64,000 bases of DNA, taken from contig OZ024740.1 in assembly GCA_964016885.1 (NCBI GenBank), positions 178,932,001 to 178,996,000 of the forward strand, in the 5' to 3' direction. Below, in pieces: positions 14,811 through 28,168 of this stretch. This DNA is from Eledone cirrhosa (taxonomy: Eukaryota). The number at the start of each line of letters is the position of its first letter. Within the stretch, counting starts at the first letter, position 1. The translations under genes and the position numbers were made by a program. The notes under the pieces are model-generated. The model was given only the letters and a program-made list of their open reading frames with translations. It ran no database searches and was not told the DNA's origin.

Positions 14811-15485
14811 ATATTAATATAATGTTAAGGAAACACGAGATAGTGTTTCCCTCCGCATTTTCGAGATTCTCTCGCACGATTGAGACTTGTTTTGAATATG
14901 TATACACATATATTTGTGTACCTCTCATTATTGTCTATAACTCCCTCACGGTAGAGTAACCAAGGAAGTATAGTGACTGCTTTCAAGCTAATACTATATA
15001 CACTTCTAGTCTTCCTTACCCACCCTTCTGTAGCCTCTGTATCATATTAATATCCCCTCCAACAAAACAGAAAGAGGCGGTGGTTAACCAGGGAAAGGTT
15101 CCTCCAATAGGAGTGCGAAGACTCTACATTGTATTGGATATTATATATGTATGTGTGCTTGCAGCAATAGGTATAATGTGTGTATACATGTGCAGACAGG
15201 CACCGGTATATCGACTGGACCTATATTCAAATATGACACTTAAGTTTTTCATACGGACATTGTTAATCAAACAACGGTTTAAACAGTTCCTCACTCGATT
15301 TATCCACTAGTCATTCTTTGTAATTTTCTCGATAAACACATAGAAGGCTACTGCTGCAATTACTGATGTTTCTGCAATGTACGTCATACATATGCTCAAC
15401 ACAAAATGTCGATAGGTGGCTTAAAGTTATAATTGCAAATTACTACTTACTACAAAATGTCCGCTTCTTAAAATTCAATTAAGTC

Positions 15486-15541
<56 letters not shown>

Positions 15542-15589
15542 GTATATATGTATATATGTATATATACATACACACATACACACACATAC

Positions 15590-15648
<59 letters not shown>

Positions 15649-15831
15649 TATATACATATATATGCATATATATATATATACATATATATACATATATATG
15701 TATATATATATATATATATATACATATATATACATATATGTACATATATAAATATATATAAATGCATATATATAATATATATAAATATAAATATATAAAT
15801 AAATATATATATACATGAATATATAAATATT

Positions 15832-15915
<84 letters not shown>

Positions 15916-15928
15916 GTATATATATATA
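15486..15928. repeat. Compound (TA)n/(CA)n microsatellite. Many similar tracts occur elsewhere, e.g. 34739-35312 and 45170-46335.
   Basis: Direct reading. Confidence 0.95.
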
Positions 15929-16309
15929 GCTGACACGGACCATTCAAGATGAATCACATTTATTTATAAACGCAAATACAGAGAATTCAAATTTATATAC
16001 AAAAAGAAATAGATATACAAGCCCACACTCTCTATCTTTCTATCTATCTATCACATATTCAAGCGTCAGTTGTTAGATAATTGGATTCGCATTTGTGAGG
16101 TTGTGAGTTCGATTCTTGGACCGGGTAATGCGTTATATCCTTGAGCAAGATACCTTATTTCACGTTGCTCCTTTTATCTGGAGTTGCGGCCGATAGATAG
16201 TATTAGAAATTAGAAAGACGAATGGAAACATGGTTTCCTCGGTCCGAGTTGACGAAAGTCGATCGAGTATCGATACTTATATATATATATATATATATAT
16301 ATAAATATT

Positions 16310-17119
16310 CCTATCTGACGAATGGCCTCCGTTGCTTACCCTGTCTATCCAGGATTTCCCAACTGTCTCCAACCCGCCTTTGTAGACAGCAGTGTTGACT
16401 CTTATGCCCTAAGAAGAAAACAAATAAAGAGGCATGATATCCCCCTCATTGGCTACGAGACCCAGAACCATCACAGTCACTGGAAATCCTGTGTGCATGA
16501 CCGTTGCAACATCATTTGTGTTTCTGCATAGCCATCTATCACCTTTTGGTCCTGATCAAAGTTTTTCTCATCAAAAAACAACCATAGCATACCTTTTTCT
16601 CGATGTTTTATCTTGGTCAATAAGCACTTTACACGAACAGATCTAACGACTTTCTTTTGTCGCATCCGACATAAACGGGCCTCTCCGCGTCACATACCAC
16701 TTCTATCGGGCGTCTTCGTGGACATCTCTTTTTATGGTGCATTTTGAAACCTTAAGGTCTTTGCGATGGATCTGATTCACTTTCCTGGGGTTTTATAATT
16801 TAATTTTTAAACTTTTCTTTTACAAACGAACGTAGGCATTCTGATTCCATTAGGACCTTGTGCATGTATTTTCGCTTAGCTGTTGATGTTGGATCCTCGT
16901 CAGCAGCTTCCAGATCCTGTCTAACTTTGACGACGCAGCATCGGGCAAGATTGAGGAAGGAAGCTATCATTATGCTGTGCTTCTAAGGTAACAATTAAAG
17001 CGTGCCTTTTCATTTGGTGATTCAATTTAATGTCTGACATTATTTATCTGAAAAAAAAAATTCCTAATAAGGAAGTTAGCGCTTAAGAAAGAGGTGTCCT
17101 AAAAAACTGACACACCTTG
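16310..17119 (-). mobile_element. Tc1/mariner-superfamily (maT/DD37D-like) transposon remnant: left TIR plus decayed transposase
   Basis: Minus frames give WLFFDEKNFDQDQKV, VMHTGFPVTVMVLGLVANEGDIMP, LRVNTAVY..LETVGKSWID. The end reads TA-CAAGGTGTGTC at 17119. Confidence 0.8.
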
Positions 17120-17711
17120 TATATATGAAGTGAAAAGGGTTCACCGAAAAGCTAGGCAAGATCTGTTGAAATTCGAAGGCGGATCTATTCCATAATAGTA
17201 GTGTATCTTACATGTCTTTCAATGTAGTTATGCAATCGCCTACGAGAACTGAATGATTACCTAATTCCCTATCCCGCAATGCAGATTTACATTAGCATTT
17301 TATCAGACCTTGTTCACGTTTCAGAGTGTATGGAATTTGAACAGAGAGCTCCGAGAATCGGAACAGATACGGCAAAGTAACTTGCCTTTTTCTATAACAG
17401 TACCACTAATCCAACACTTCAGGAATTGAACTTTATTTATCAATCTTGAAACGAGTTGATCACGCTGGAATTTGAACTGCAAATCATCTAATCATTTAAT
17501 CCCTTGCTCTAACGATTCTGCTAATTCGCTGTTTTATATTATTTTAATTCATGCAATATTAAATTTCATTCATTTGTAAAACAAATTTAGTTAGATAATA
17601 GATCACAAATGTTGCAAATGGTCGACGTCTAATGAATCGAGCACCCCATAGTTACTGATTAACATTTTGATCGAGAATACTTTTAACTCAGTGCATATTA
17701 CAGGAAACATG

Positions 17712-17893
17712 AGGGTGGTTCATTGGCAGTACCGGTAGAGTGTGCGACAATATAATTTGAGTCATATAGTTATGTCCTTTTACGTTCTGTGTTCAATCCC
17801 GCCGAGGTTGGCTTTACTTTTCATCTTTACGAAGTCGATAAAATAAAGTATCAGTAACTCACTGAGGTTGATTTAATCGATTTTCCACTCCCC
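17712..17893 (+). mobile_element. Diverged SINE S1
   Basis: TTGGCAGTACCGG, GTTCAATCCCGCCGAGG, TCGATAAAATAAAGTA. Confidence 0.8.
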
Positions 17894-20069
17894 CAGATGT
17901 GTTGACAGTTTCGTTTTCTCATTATTTTTTTTTCGGCCTTTTATACAAAATATATTTAAAACACATTATTAATTATATACAAAGTCTATATAAATCTGTT
18001 GAGCTGCTAGAAATAACAATCAAATGTATTTTGTTGTCTCTACCTATCGTCTCAAGAATGAAGGACACTCTGATTTGGGGATAAACAGCAAAAGTTATAT
18101 ATAATGATAATTTTGAGTATTTTTGAAGAGTTATTATTTTCCTAACCGCGTAATTTACCAATGTCATAATTTTACCTCATACTGTACTGTTGGATGGAAT
18201 CTGTCTTGAGTAGAATTTGTTTGGGTTTTTAAAGAAATATTTGAAATTCTCATAAAGAAGCTATATCATCTCTGTAATATATCCATGTATGTATGCGTAT
18301 TACCAGAATGCTTTTTTTATATTCCCATTGCATTATAAACCGAAAGACAATGACAGATATATTTTTGCTTAAACGAGAGAGAGAGAGAGGAGGAGAGGGA
18401 GAGAGGGGGGGGGGGGAGAGAGATGTAGTGAAAGCGTGTGTTTGTATAAGGGGGAAAGGGATTTTTTTTTTCTTTATAAATGTGTGATCGAGATGAACAG
18501 GAATTCAGGTTTGCACTACGCAAATAGATTACAGGTGTGTATTGTGAGGAATTGTTGCTTGTTGCTTTTATCCCTGTATGCATTACAAGAAATACAATCA
18601 GGTGAATATATATGCCACATGATGTTCAGTCACTGTTTATACATGCACTGAAAGATGCCCATTCAGGGTACACACGAACATTACAAGAAGCTTAATCAGT
18701 GTGTATATATTATAAAAAGTCCAGTCAATGTATGCATATGCTTTAAAAGATATTCAACCAATAAACTCAAGTATGGATAGGAAGAAAAGTAAATGTTAAT
18801 TTTAGGCATCAGGGTTTCAGATAAACGAAATATCCACAGCGAACAGTTACTTGATTTCGGGTGTTGCAGATAGGTTTTTGTGGAGAGGGGTGTGTATATC
18901 TTTCTTTTCTGTTTATATAGAAAGAGATAATGTGAATAGAAGAATAACTAACCTTAAAATGATGTGTGTTAAAGTGTTTATAATATTTCTGTGTAGTCGG
19001 AAAACTGTTCCCCATAAAACATGTAAATACCTGGTAATAATTAAAACCAAACGCATATATTTCAAACAAAATGATTTCCGTTTTCTGAATCTCATTGAAT
19101 TTAGGATGTAGGAAGGATTCTTCAGGTATATAAACTAACTACTCACTAAAGCTACAACTGGCTATAGAAGAAGGATTTGCTAGCAACAATAACCCTATAG
19201 GAGGAAGATTAGGAAATTTTAATATCTATATCAGGTTGCTTGGATTTCTTGTGTATAGATTTTGTTCCCTCATTTCGCTTCCTATTTAAATTTTCTATAC
19301 TTTTCTATACGAAGTTTTAATTTGATAAAGAGGTTAGTTATCTTTAGGACATTGGAGATAAATTTAAGCTAATGCCTTGTAAACAAATAAACATATATGA
19401 CTTGTAAACACACACACACAAAGACACATATATACACACGTGTGTATGCATGAGTGCGTGTGTGTGTGTGCTTACTTGTAGGTGTATTCATAACCCCACT
19501 ATCCAACATGATAGCGCATATTTAGCTAACACCTACACAGTCAACTACTTCACACACATTAAGGGAGAGATAGAGAGGGGGGGGAGCGGAGAGAGAGAGA
19601 GGGGAGAGAGAGAGGGGGGTACAAAAGTGCATGGTTACTATATACACGCATGTAGATAGAAAACTATTCATATGCTCAAAGGAAAAGTCCAGGTTTATCG
19701 CTTGTTTTTTTCACGCTTGAAAGCTCTTCACCATTTTGACTTCCTGTCCATGTCAACACCGCACTGATGCATTGTATACCTGCTTTGAAACATCTATCCT
19801 TTTTCTATCCATTATTTCTGTTCTCTCATCCCCCATCTATAATGTTCTGCGTGCGTGTAATTAGGAAATTACAAGCAGCTATCCAAAGATGTCATCGCGG
19901 TACTATCTACCTATGAGGCATGATGTAGTGGCCAAAACACTGTATAATGCAATCCGTACAAAAGATAGCCCGGTACTATACACATAAACTCATAACGATA
20001 AATATAGTTTTATACAGACTTTCGTGTAATTGTGTTCGCAGGATTAACTTCATGTGTTTAGAGGACATG

Positions 20070-20205
20070 AATGCAGGCCTGAACTTGTAGTTAAGTAGTT
20101 CGCTTTGCAACCATGTAGTTCTGGGTTCAGTGTCTTCCACTAAAGCCTTAGGTTCACCAATGCCGTGCAAAAGCAATTAGCTACACAGAAATAGAAGTCC
20201 GTCAT
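20070..20205 (+). mobile_element. Degenerate tRNA-derived SINE of another family, internally deleted
   Basis: GTAGTTAAG..GCTTTGCAACCATGTAGTTCTGGGTTCAGT head, AAGTCCGTCATGTA end. Confidence 0.45.
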
Positions 20206-20281
20206 GTATGCAAAGTTCAAACTTTCAAACTATGAAGCCTATGGAAAATATAGGAACTAAGACGCCGAAAATAACTGTAAA

Positions 20282-20377
<96 letters not shown>

Positions 20378-20520
20378 GTGTGCGTGTGTGTGTGTGGGTG
20401 TGTGTGTGTGTGCGTGTGCGTGTGTGTTTGTAAAAGGTAAACAGAAATAACAAAGTAAATGACGCAGTACATTGAAGAAATATATTAGTTTAACACTTGA
20501 AATAGCAGGAAAAGTTTATT

Positions 20521-20550
20521 AACGTTTCGAACATTAGTCTTTCATCATAA
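20521..20550 (-). ncRNA. Minimal PLE-type HHR remnant
   Basis: Minus strand: ATGATGA-AAGAC-TAAT-GTTC-GAAAC-GTT-AATAAA. The first core base is mutated. Confidence 0.4.
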
Positions 20551-20831
20551 GACAGAGTTAGAAACAAAGAGGAAATAGAAAGATAAAGAGTGAAAAGCTG
20601 AAGGAACGGGGAAAATCAGAAAAATAGGGGAAAAACACACGTGTTATTCAGTCAGTCAATATGTACGTCGAACTTTATTTCCTCTTCTCCGTGTAAAGCG
20701 TGAAACTAATAAGACTTTTTCTACCGCTGATTGTTTTCTCCTTGAACTTTATATGGAGAAGAGGAAATAAAGTTTGAAGTATATATTGACTGACTGAATA
20801 CACACGTATATACATACATACATACATACAT

Positions 20832-20900
<69 letters not shown>

Positions 20901-20914
20901 TAGGCATACAGACA

Positions 20915-21451
20915 GACCAGATATAATGACATGGGACAGGGAAAAGAAGGTATGCGTAGTAGTTGTAGTTAGCTGCCCAGCAGATGCCAATATAATATTG
21001 AAGATTAGCGAAAAGGAGAATATTTGTCTGCAGATAATCCACCCTCACTATACCTTCAGATGTATACCTGTGTTTATTGGGACACTGGGATATGTTAGTA
21101 ACTGCCTCAATACAAATCTTGAGAAGCTACGCTTCAAGGATACAGAAAAGACACGACTAGTTAGGAAATTACAAGTAGAATCCATAAATTGAACTGTAAA
21201 TATATGTCAAACATTCCAAATATTCTGAATCTAATAGCTGTATTTACAAAGCATATGCACATGCACACATAACTCAAAACATACACATCCACACGTACAA
21301 TAACATCCATACCTACACATGCATCATGCAGACATGCATACATATCTACCTAGTTGACGTTTAAATTCCAATGAGAGACTCTTGTATCCATGTTAGAAAC
21401 CGACTCTCTCTCTATTGGTACAAATTTATAACATTATAAAACCAGAAAAAC
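20915..21451 (+). mobile_element. 3' fragment of R4-clade RLE retrotransposon, family 2
   Basis: TWDREKKVCVVVVVSCPADANI..IPVFIGTLG. The 3'UTR matches 24900-25117 and is followed by CATA repeats. Confidence 0.85.
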
Positions 21452-21464
21452 TTACATACATACA

Positions 21465-22080
21465 TGGTGGCTGCCAACTCGTTTTCGAGTACGGCCACTA
21501 CTTTATATCCATGTAGGAGAACCCCTACCGATGCGCTGAACGAGTGTGACTTTTTAGTCCAGCCAGCGACTTGAAAACTCTGGTACAAACACTACACCTG
21601 TGACAATTATTGACACATAATGCTGGGCCCATGGTACCATGTGACGACAAGTGCAGAGAGATCAGAGGTCTCCAGATATAAAGCAATGCCTGTGCCATGA
21701 AGCTTTTATAGTGAGCAAAGGCACTGCACAAAGCCAGTCCCACTCTCTTAACCAAGATGATATTTACCAAAAAGAAGAACAAGTCAACATCATTGGATAC
21801 CATCAGGGTTGCAGGTGTTATATCAGAGTTTTCCTTCTCCTAGAATTCTGCCTTGACAAAGGCTAAGGGGTCATCTCTCCCAGTGATTTTGGATGGCCAT
21901 TGACTCTTAAGAGCTCCTTTGCCCTTCGACAGGTTTTGTTTTTAGTCCTGCAGGATGTCCAAAGCCACCCTCCTCACCAAGAAACCTTGGTGGGGTTGCC
22001 AGTTTAGTCGCCAACGACCCGACCATGGGACAGGTTGTACTGGGATACATGTTACCAGTAGCACCAACTGGTGACCTGAC
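21465..22080 (-). mobile_element. Bipartite RTE-derived non-autonomous element, family 1 (5'UTR fused to the C2H2-coding 3' end)
   Basis: CTAGGAGAAGGAAAACTCTGA (RTE 5'UTR-like) lies about 250 bp upstream of CSVCTRVFKSLAGLKSHTRSAH. Other copies at 27769-28105 and 60096-60506. Confidence 0.7.
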
Positions 22081-22156
22081 ACATACATACATACATATCC
22101 ATCCATCCATACATACATACATACATACATGCATGCATACATACATACATACATAT

Positions 22157-22896
22157 ATATCTCTATACAATACAGGAACAAGAACTCCCTACCAAATATC
22201 TGCTGCACAAAAGAGGAGGGCCAGCAGCTGACAATAAATGTAGGCTATGTAAAACAAAGATCGAGGATGTAAGCCACATTGTTGCCAGCTGCGAAAGAAT
22301 GTCATCTCGCTACTAACCCCCCCCCCCCCCATGAGACACGATGGGATAGCTAGAACCATCTGGAACGCACTTCGGAAAACAAAATCAACAACAAACGAGG
22401 AAGAATACATTGAGACAGATGGCACTAAGGAACACTGGTGGAACTTGAAAATAAAAACTGCCACCAAACTAAAGCACAACCGGCCCGATATTGCTGTTTG
22501 GGACCACACACTGAAAACGCGTTCCGCTGCGGAGATCAGCCGCCCACTCGATGCAAACGTTGTCAGAAAAATACAGAAGGAGGACATCTACGGACCATTG
22601 ATGAGGAGTTTACAAATCCAGTATCCAAGATACACCTTTAGCTTCATACCAATCATTATTGGAGCTACGGGTTATATACCAACCCGCTTGGATCAAAGTA
22701 TGACTGAACTTGGATTTGCGGACAAAAAGCGCAGCTCCCTCATTCATAGTCTACAAATGGCTGCGATAGCTGGCACCTTCAAATTTGCAAAAAATTATTG
22801 CGATTCAAGGGATGACAATTTCTTTTCTTTTACAACCTTGCCACCAGGAAGGTGGCCGGTCAAAAAAATATACTCGAAATTAAGAGAAAGAGAAAA
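22157..22896 (+). mobile_element. 5'-truncated R4-clade RLE retrotransposon, family 1, in (CATA)n
   Basis: MRHDGIARTIW, HNRPDIAVWD, IPIIIGATG. Near-identical to 25912-26647. Confidence 0.9.
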
Positions 22897-22972
22897 CATA
22901 CATATATACATACATGCATACATACATATGCATACATACATACATACATACATACATACATACATACATACA

Positions 22973-23003
<31 letters not shown>

Positions 23004-23093
23004 GCATACATACATAGATACATACATACATTCACACAAACATACATACAGAAAGACAGATACATACATACATTCACACATACATACACATAT

Positions 23094-25117
23094 TATTATC
23101 AGAGCCATAGAGAAGCTGTCTTCTTCTTGGGCTACTGTCCTAAAGTTAAAGACACAGAACGAGAACTCTATTTTCACTGATAAAATAAAATATCGCAGGG
23201 GTGTATTTCAGGGAGACAGTCTCTCTGTGCTATTATTCATCTTGTCATTAAACCCCTTGTCCTTTCTGCTCAAGAAATGTGAGGGATACATCATTGGCTC
23301 ACCGGAGGACAGAAATACGAACCTAACCCATAATTTCTTTGTGGGCGATCTGAAACTCTATGCCAAGAACATGGATGGGATGAAGAAAAATCTTGACCTG
23401 GTTACAACGTTCTCAAAGGATATTGGAATGGAGTTTGGCCAAGATAAATGCTAATATATGACTGTAAAGCGGGAAAAAACAACAACACAATCTAGCAACT
23501 TTTGTATCAATGGCCTAACTGTTTCACCAATATCTGATGAGGACTGCTACAGATACCTGGGGATAGATGAGAACATATCCTATAATGGTATCTGTAATAA
23601 GCAACGCGTAACCAGGGAATACTACACCCGATTAAGAAAGATATGGTCATCGGAACTCTCTGCGCAAAACAAAACAGTGGCTCACAATGTGTTTGATCTG
23701 CCTGTCCTAACACTAACGTTTGGAATAACAATTGGACGATAGACGAAATCCGAGCGATTGATGTTAGAACTCGAAAAATACTAAACAACACCGGAGACTT
23801 CCAAATCAACAGTGACATAGACCGACTTTACTTGAAACGTAAGCAGGGAGGAAAAGGCCTAACATCAGTCCAAACAGCATTTGAATGTCGCATCATATCT
23901 CTCCGATATCTACGAACCTCAAAGCGTAGGAGTCCGTCTATCGAGCAAATCTATCTGCATGAAACAAATAAGATCATAAGAGTTGGGAAGGAACTCCCCG
24001 AGAGGTATTCCCTGTGTGATAATCAAAATCTCACACCCAGGGAAGTTGCTCAGCAGTATCGCAGTGAATCCATGGATGAAAAACTGCATGCTTATCAGCA
24101 AAAAGTCATGCATGTATATGTTGCCGGGAAGCTCCTGAGTGAGAGTAATATAGATAAGGAAAGTAGTCTATCTTGGCCCATGAACCGCTATATTGGCTCC
24201 CACTTTGAAGGAAACGCCTTTGCAATCCCAGAACAGGAAATCAACACTAAATACCTGATTCTAAAAAAAAGACATAGGGATGCAGGCAAAACACCTAGAC
24301 GTGACAGCAAGTGCAGAATTAACATCGAAGATGTCATCCATGTCATAAGCAGCTATCCAAAGATGTCATCGCGGTACTATCTACCTATGAGGCATGATGT
24401 AGTGGGAAAAATACTGTATAATGCAATCCGTACAAAAGATAGCCCCGATAATATTCATATAAAAAACTACAGCAATGTGGAAGGTATACATATACATAAT
24501 ATGAAAGACTACTGGTGGAATGTGCCAGTAAAAACCCCAATAAAATGCAGGCATAACAGAGCAGATATTATGATATGGGACAGGGAAAAGAAGGCATGCA
24601 CAATAGTGGAAATTAGCTGCCCAGTAGATGCCAATATAATATCAAAGATTAGCGAAAATGAGAATATCTATACAGAACTAATAAGAAATCTGCAGATACT
24701 CCACCCTGACTATACCTTCAGGTTTATGCCTGTGATTATTGGGGCCCTGGGATAGGTTAGTACTGCCTCAATACAAATCTTGAGAAGCTGCGCTTCACAG
24801 AAACAGAAGGAACACGGCTAGTTTGAAAACACAAGTACAATCCAGTAAAACAGTAAAAATATGTAAACGTTCCCAAAATTCTGCTTCTAATAACTGCACA
24901 TATTGTATAGATACAAAGCATATGCACATGCACACATATAACTCAAAACATCCACATCCATACATACAATAACATCCATACCTGCACACACATGCGTGCA
25001 TGCATTCATATCTACCTAGTTGATGTTGTGTAAATTCCAATGAAAGGGTTTTGTATCTATGTTAGAAACCGATTCTCTCTGTTGGCAAATATTTGCGAAA
25101 TTATAAAACCAGAAGAA
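23094..25117 (+). mobile_element. 5'-truncated R4-clade RLE retrotransposon, family 2 (RT plus RLE, disrupted), in (CATA)n
   Basis: YRRGVFQGDSLSVLLF, FFVGDLKLY (degenerate YxDD), IGMEFGQDKC, YRYLGI, RHDVVGK, RADIMIWD, EISCP, PVIIGALG. Confidence 0.92.
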
Positions 25118-25132
25118 CATATATACATACAT

Positions 25133-25381
25133 GATGGCTGCCCCCTCGTTATCGAGTATGGCCATTGCACAATATACCATTATAAATAATTATTTATTAA
25201 TTCTATCGTGCAATGCCTGTGCATGAAGATATTTTTTAAAGTGAGGAAAGACTGAGTTATCCCAGTTTCCTGAGTTGCCTTCTCCTAGAATAATGCCCTG
25301 AGAAAGGCTAGGGGTCCTTCACTCCCAGTGGTTTAACTGCGTGATTGGGTGTCAAGCCTGACTATTTCTATGTCCCCGCGC
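25133..25381 (-). mobile_element. RTE-derived element, family 2
   Basis: Matches 5624-5972 with an internal deletion. Confidence 0.6.
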
Positions 25382-25456
25382 AAACACATTCACCCATGTA
25401 TATACACATATACATATACATACTTATGTACATGTGTATATACATATTTACACACT

Positions 25457-25650
25457 TTTGGATGGCCGTTGGCACTTATAAGTTCTTCCGCCCTTTGTCA
25501 GATTTTGTTTTGTGCCCTGCAGGGTGTCCAAAATCACCCTCCTCACCAAGTAAACTTAGTGGAGTTGCCGGTTTAGTCGTCGACGACCCGACCATCGACA
25601 GGTTGTACTGGATTACATGTTACCAGTAGCACTCAAGAGTGACCCGACGA
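25457..25650 (-). mobile_element. RTE 5'UTR-like repeat
   Basis: Homologous to 21887-22080. Confidence 0.65.
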
Positions 25651-25739
25651 CACACATACATACATACATACATACATACATACATACATACATACATACA
25701 TACATACATACATACATACATACATACATACATACATAC

Positions 25740-26647
25740 GTGAGAAATCGGAAGATCCTATTCAATGTTCAAACAAGAAAAAAAATTGACCAATTTACAG
25801 AGAAAGTTGTGCATGGATACTTGAGGCGTAAAACACAAACCATAGAGGGGATAAACCACTCAAAAAGCCTGGCATGGAGTTCCGACAAGTTTATGACATC
25901 ACACCTTGAGGGATATCTCTATGCAATACAGGAACAAGAACTCCCTACCAAATATCTGCTGCACAAAAGAGGAGGGCCAGCAGTTGACAATAAATGTAGG
26001 CTATGTAAAACAAAGATCGAGGATGTAAGCCACATTGTTGCTAGCTGCGAAAGAATGTCATCTCGCTACTACCTCCCCATGAGACACGATGGGATAGCTA
26101 GAACTATCTGGAACGCACTTCGGAAAACAAAATTAACAACAAACGAGGAAGAATATATTGAGACAGATGGCACTAAGGAATACTGGTGGAACCTGAAAAT
26201 AAAAACTGCCACCAAATTAAAGCACAACCGGCCTGATATTGTAGTTTGGGCCACACATTGAAAACGTGTTCTGTTGTGGAGATCAGCTGCCCACTTGATG
26301 TAAACGTTGTCAGAAAAATACAGGAGAAGGAGGACATCTACGGACCATTGATGAGGAGCTTACAAATCCAGTATCCAAGATACACCTTTAGCTTCATACC
26401 CATCATTATTGGTGCTACGGGTTATATACCAACCCGCTTGGACCAAAGTATGACCGAACTTGGATTTGCGGACAAAAAGCGCAGCTCCCTAATTCATAGT
26501 CTACAAATGGCTGCGATAGCTAGCACCTTCAAAATATGCAAAATATTCTTGCGATTCAAGGGATGACAATTTCTTTTCTTTTACAACCTTGCCACCAGGA
26601 AGGTGGCCGGTCAAAAAAATATACTCGAAATTAAGAGAAAGAGAAAA
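25740..26647 (+). mobile_element. 5'-truncated R4-clade RLE retrotransposon, family 1, in (CATA)n
   Basis: HGYL, EGYLYAIQEQEL, CRLCKTKIEDVSHIVASC, RHD, RPDIVVW, VEISCP. Confidence 0.92.
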
Positions 26648-26808
26648 CATACATACATAGGTATGTGACTGACGACTGAGTGAAAAGTGTAATGAATGCT
26701 GTGATAAACGGGCGAAATTCCAGATTAACATATATATATATTTATATATATATATATATATATATACTTAAAATATGTGCTTGTATGAGTATGTTAAATC
26801 TATGCATG

Positions 26809-26866
<58 letters not shown>

Positions 26867-27597
26867 CATGCATAGATTTAGCATACTCACACAAGCACAT
26901 ATTTTAAGTATGTATATATTAAACTTATCCGTTGAAAATACAATTTCTTGTTATACAACCCGTGTTGATAATCAAATATTTTGATTTATAATATTAATTA
27001 TATTGTGATATGTCAAGTTTTTTTTATTTGGTTGTATTTAGAGAGTTTTTGGCAGAATGAATAAAATATTTCGTTAAGTGTTTCTCATCTTTTGCTGATG
27101 TTTAGTCCGTTAAGTCGCTGTCAGCAATTAATTGCATAGCAGGTGAAGAATGTGAGTCATGAGATGGTTGACGTTTCAAAGAAACCACGATTGAGTTACG
27201 TACTAAAATATTACTAAAGAATAATACATTTCTTTTTTTCACTTAATCATTCCTTATTATTTCCTTTTCTTCTATAATGATAATGATTATCATTAATTAT
27301 GATTTTGTGTCAATTAAGGTTTTATCGCTTTTCAAATAAATCTGAAACGCCTATTGTCAATTATTGTTAAATACAACCGACCACGCAACAAGACAAAAGA
27401 AACTACAGAAATAATTACCTCTCATCCCTCTCACTCTATTTCAGTTACAGACACACATATACATATATAGAGATATGAATGTATAGATATATATATATAT
27501 ACACACACATACGCTTTCCACACATATATAAATACAAAATACACACATATATAAATACAAAACTACTCACAGATGCTCCTATGTAAGGTGCGTATAT

Positions 27598-27651
<54 letters not shown>

Positions 27652-27768
27652 TGTACGTCTGTATACATATATGTTTTTACGTATACATGCTTATATTTAA
27701 GTATCAGCCGTACTAAGAGTGAGAAATGAAATTTCATTTTTTCCATATATATATATATATATATATAT

Positions 27769-28103
27769 ACCTGATGGTATCCAATGATGTTGACTTGTTT
27801 TTGTTTTTGGTAAATATCATCTTGGTTAAGAGAGTGAGACTGGCTTTGTGCAGTGCCTTTGCTCACTATAAAAAGCTTCACGGCACAGGCATTGCTTTAT
27901 ATCTGAAGATCTCTCTGCACTTGCCGTCACATGGTGCCATGGGCCCAGCACTATGTGTCAATAATTGCCACAAGTGTAATGTTTGTACCAGAGTTTTCAA
28001 GTCGTTGGCTGGACTAAAAAGTCACACTCGTTCAGCGCATCGGCAGAGGTTCTCCTACACGGATATAAAGTAGTGGCCGTACTCGAAAACGAGTTGGCAC
28101 CCA

Positions 28104-28105
<2 letters not shown>
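27769..28105 (+). mobile_element. RTE-derived family 1, 3' part
   Basis: CNVCTRVFKSLAGLKSHTRSAH. Reverse complement of 21465-21810. Confidence 0.8.
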
Positions 28106-28162
<57 letters not shown>

Positions 28163-28168
<6 letters not shown>

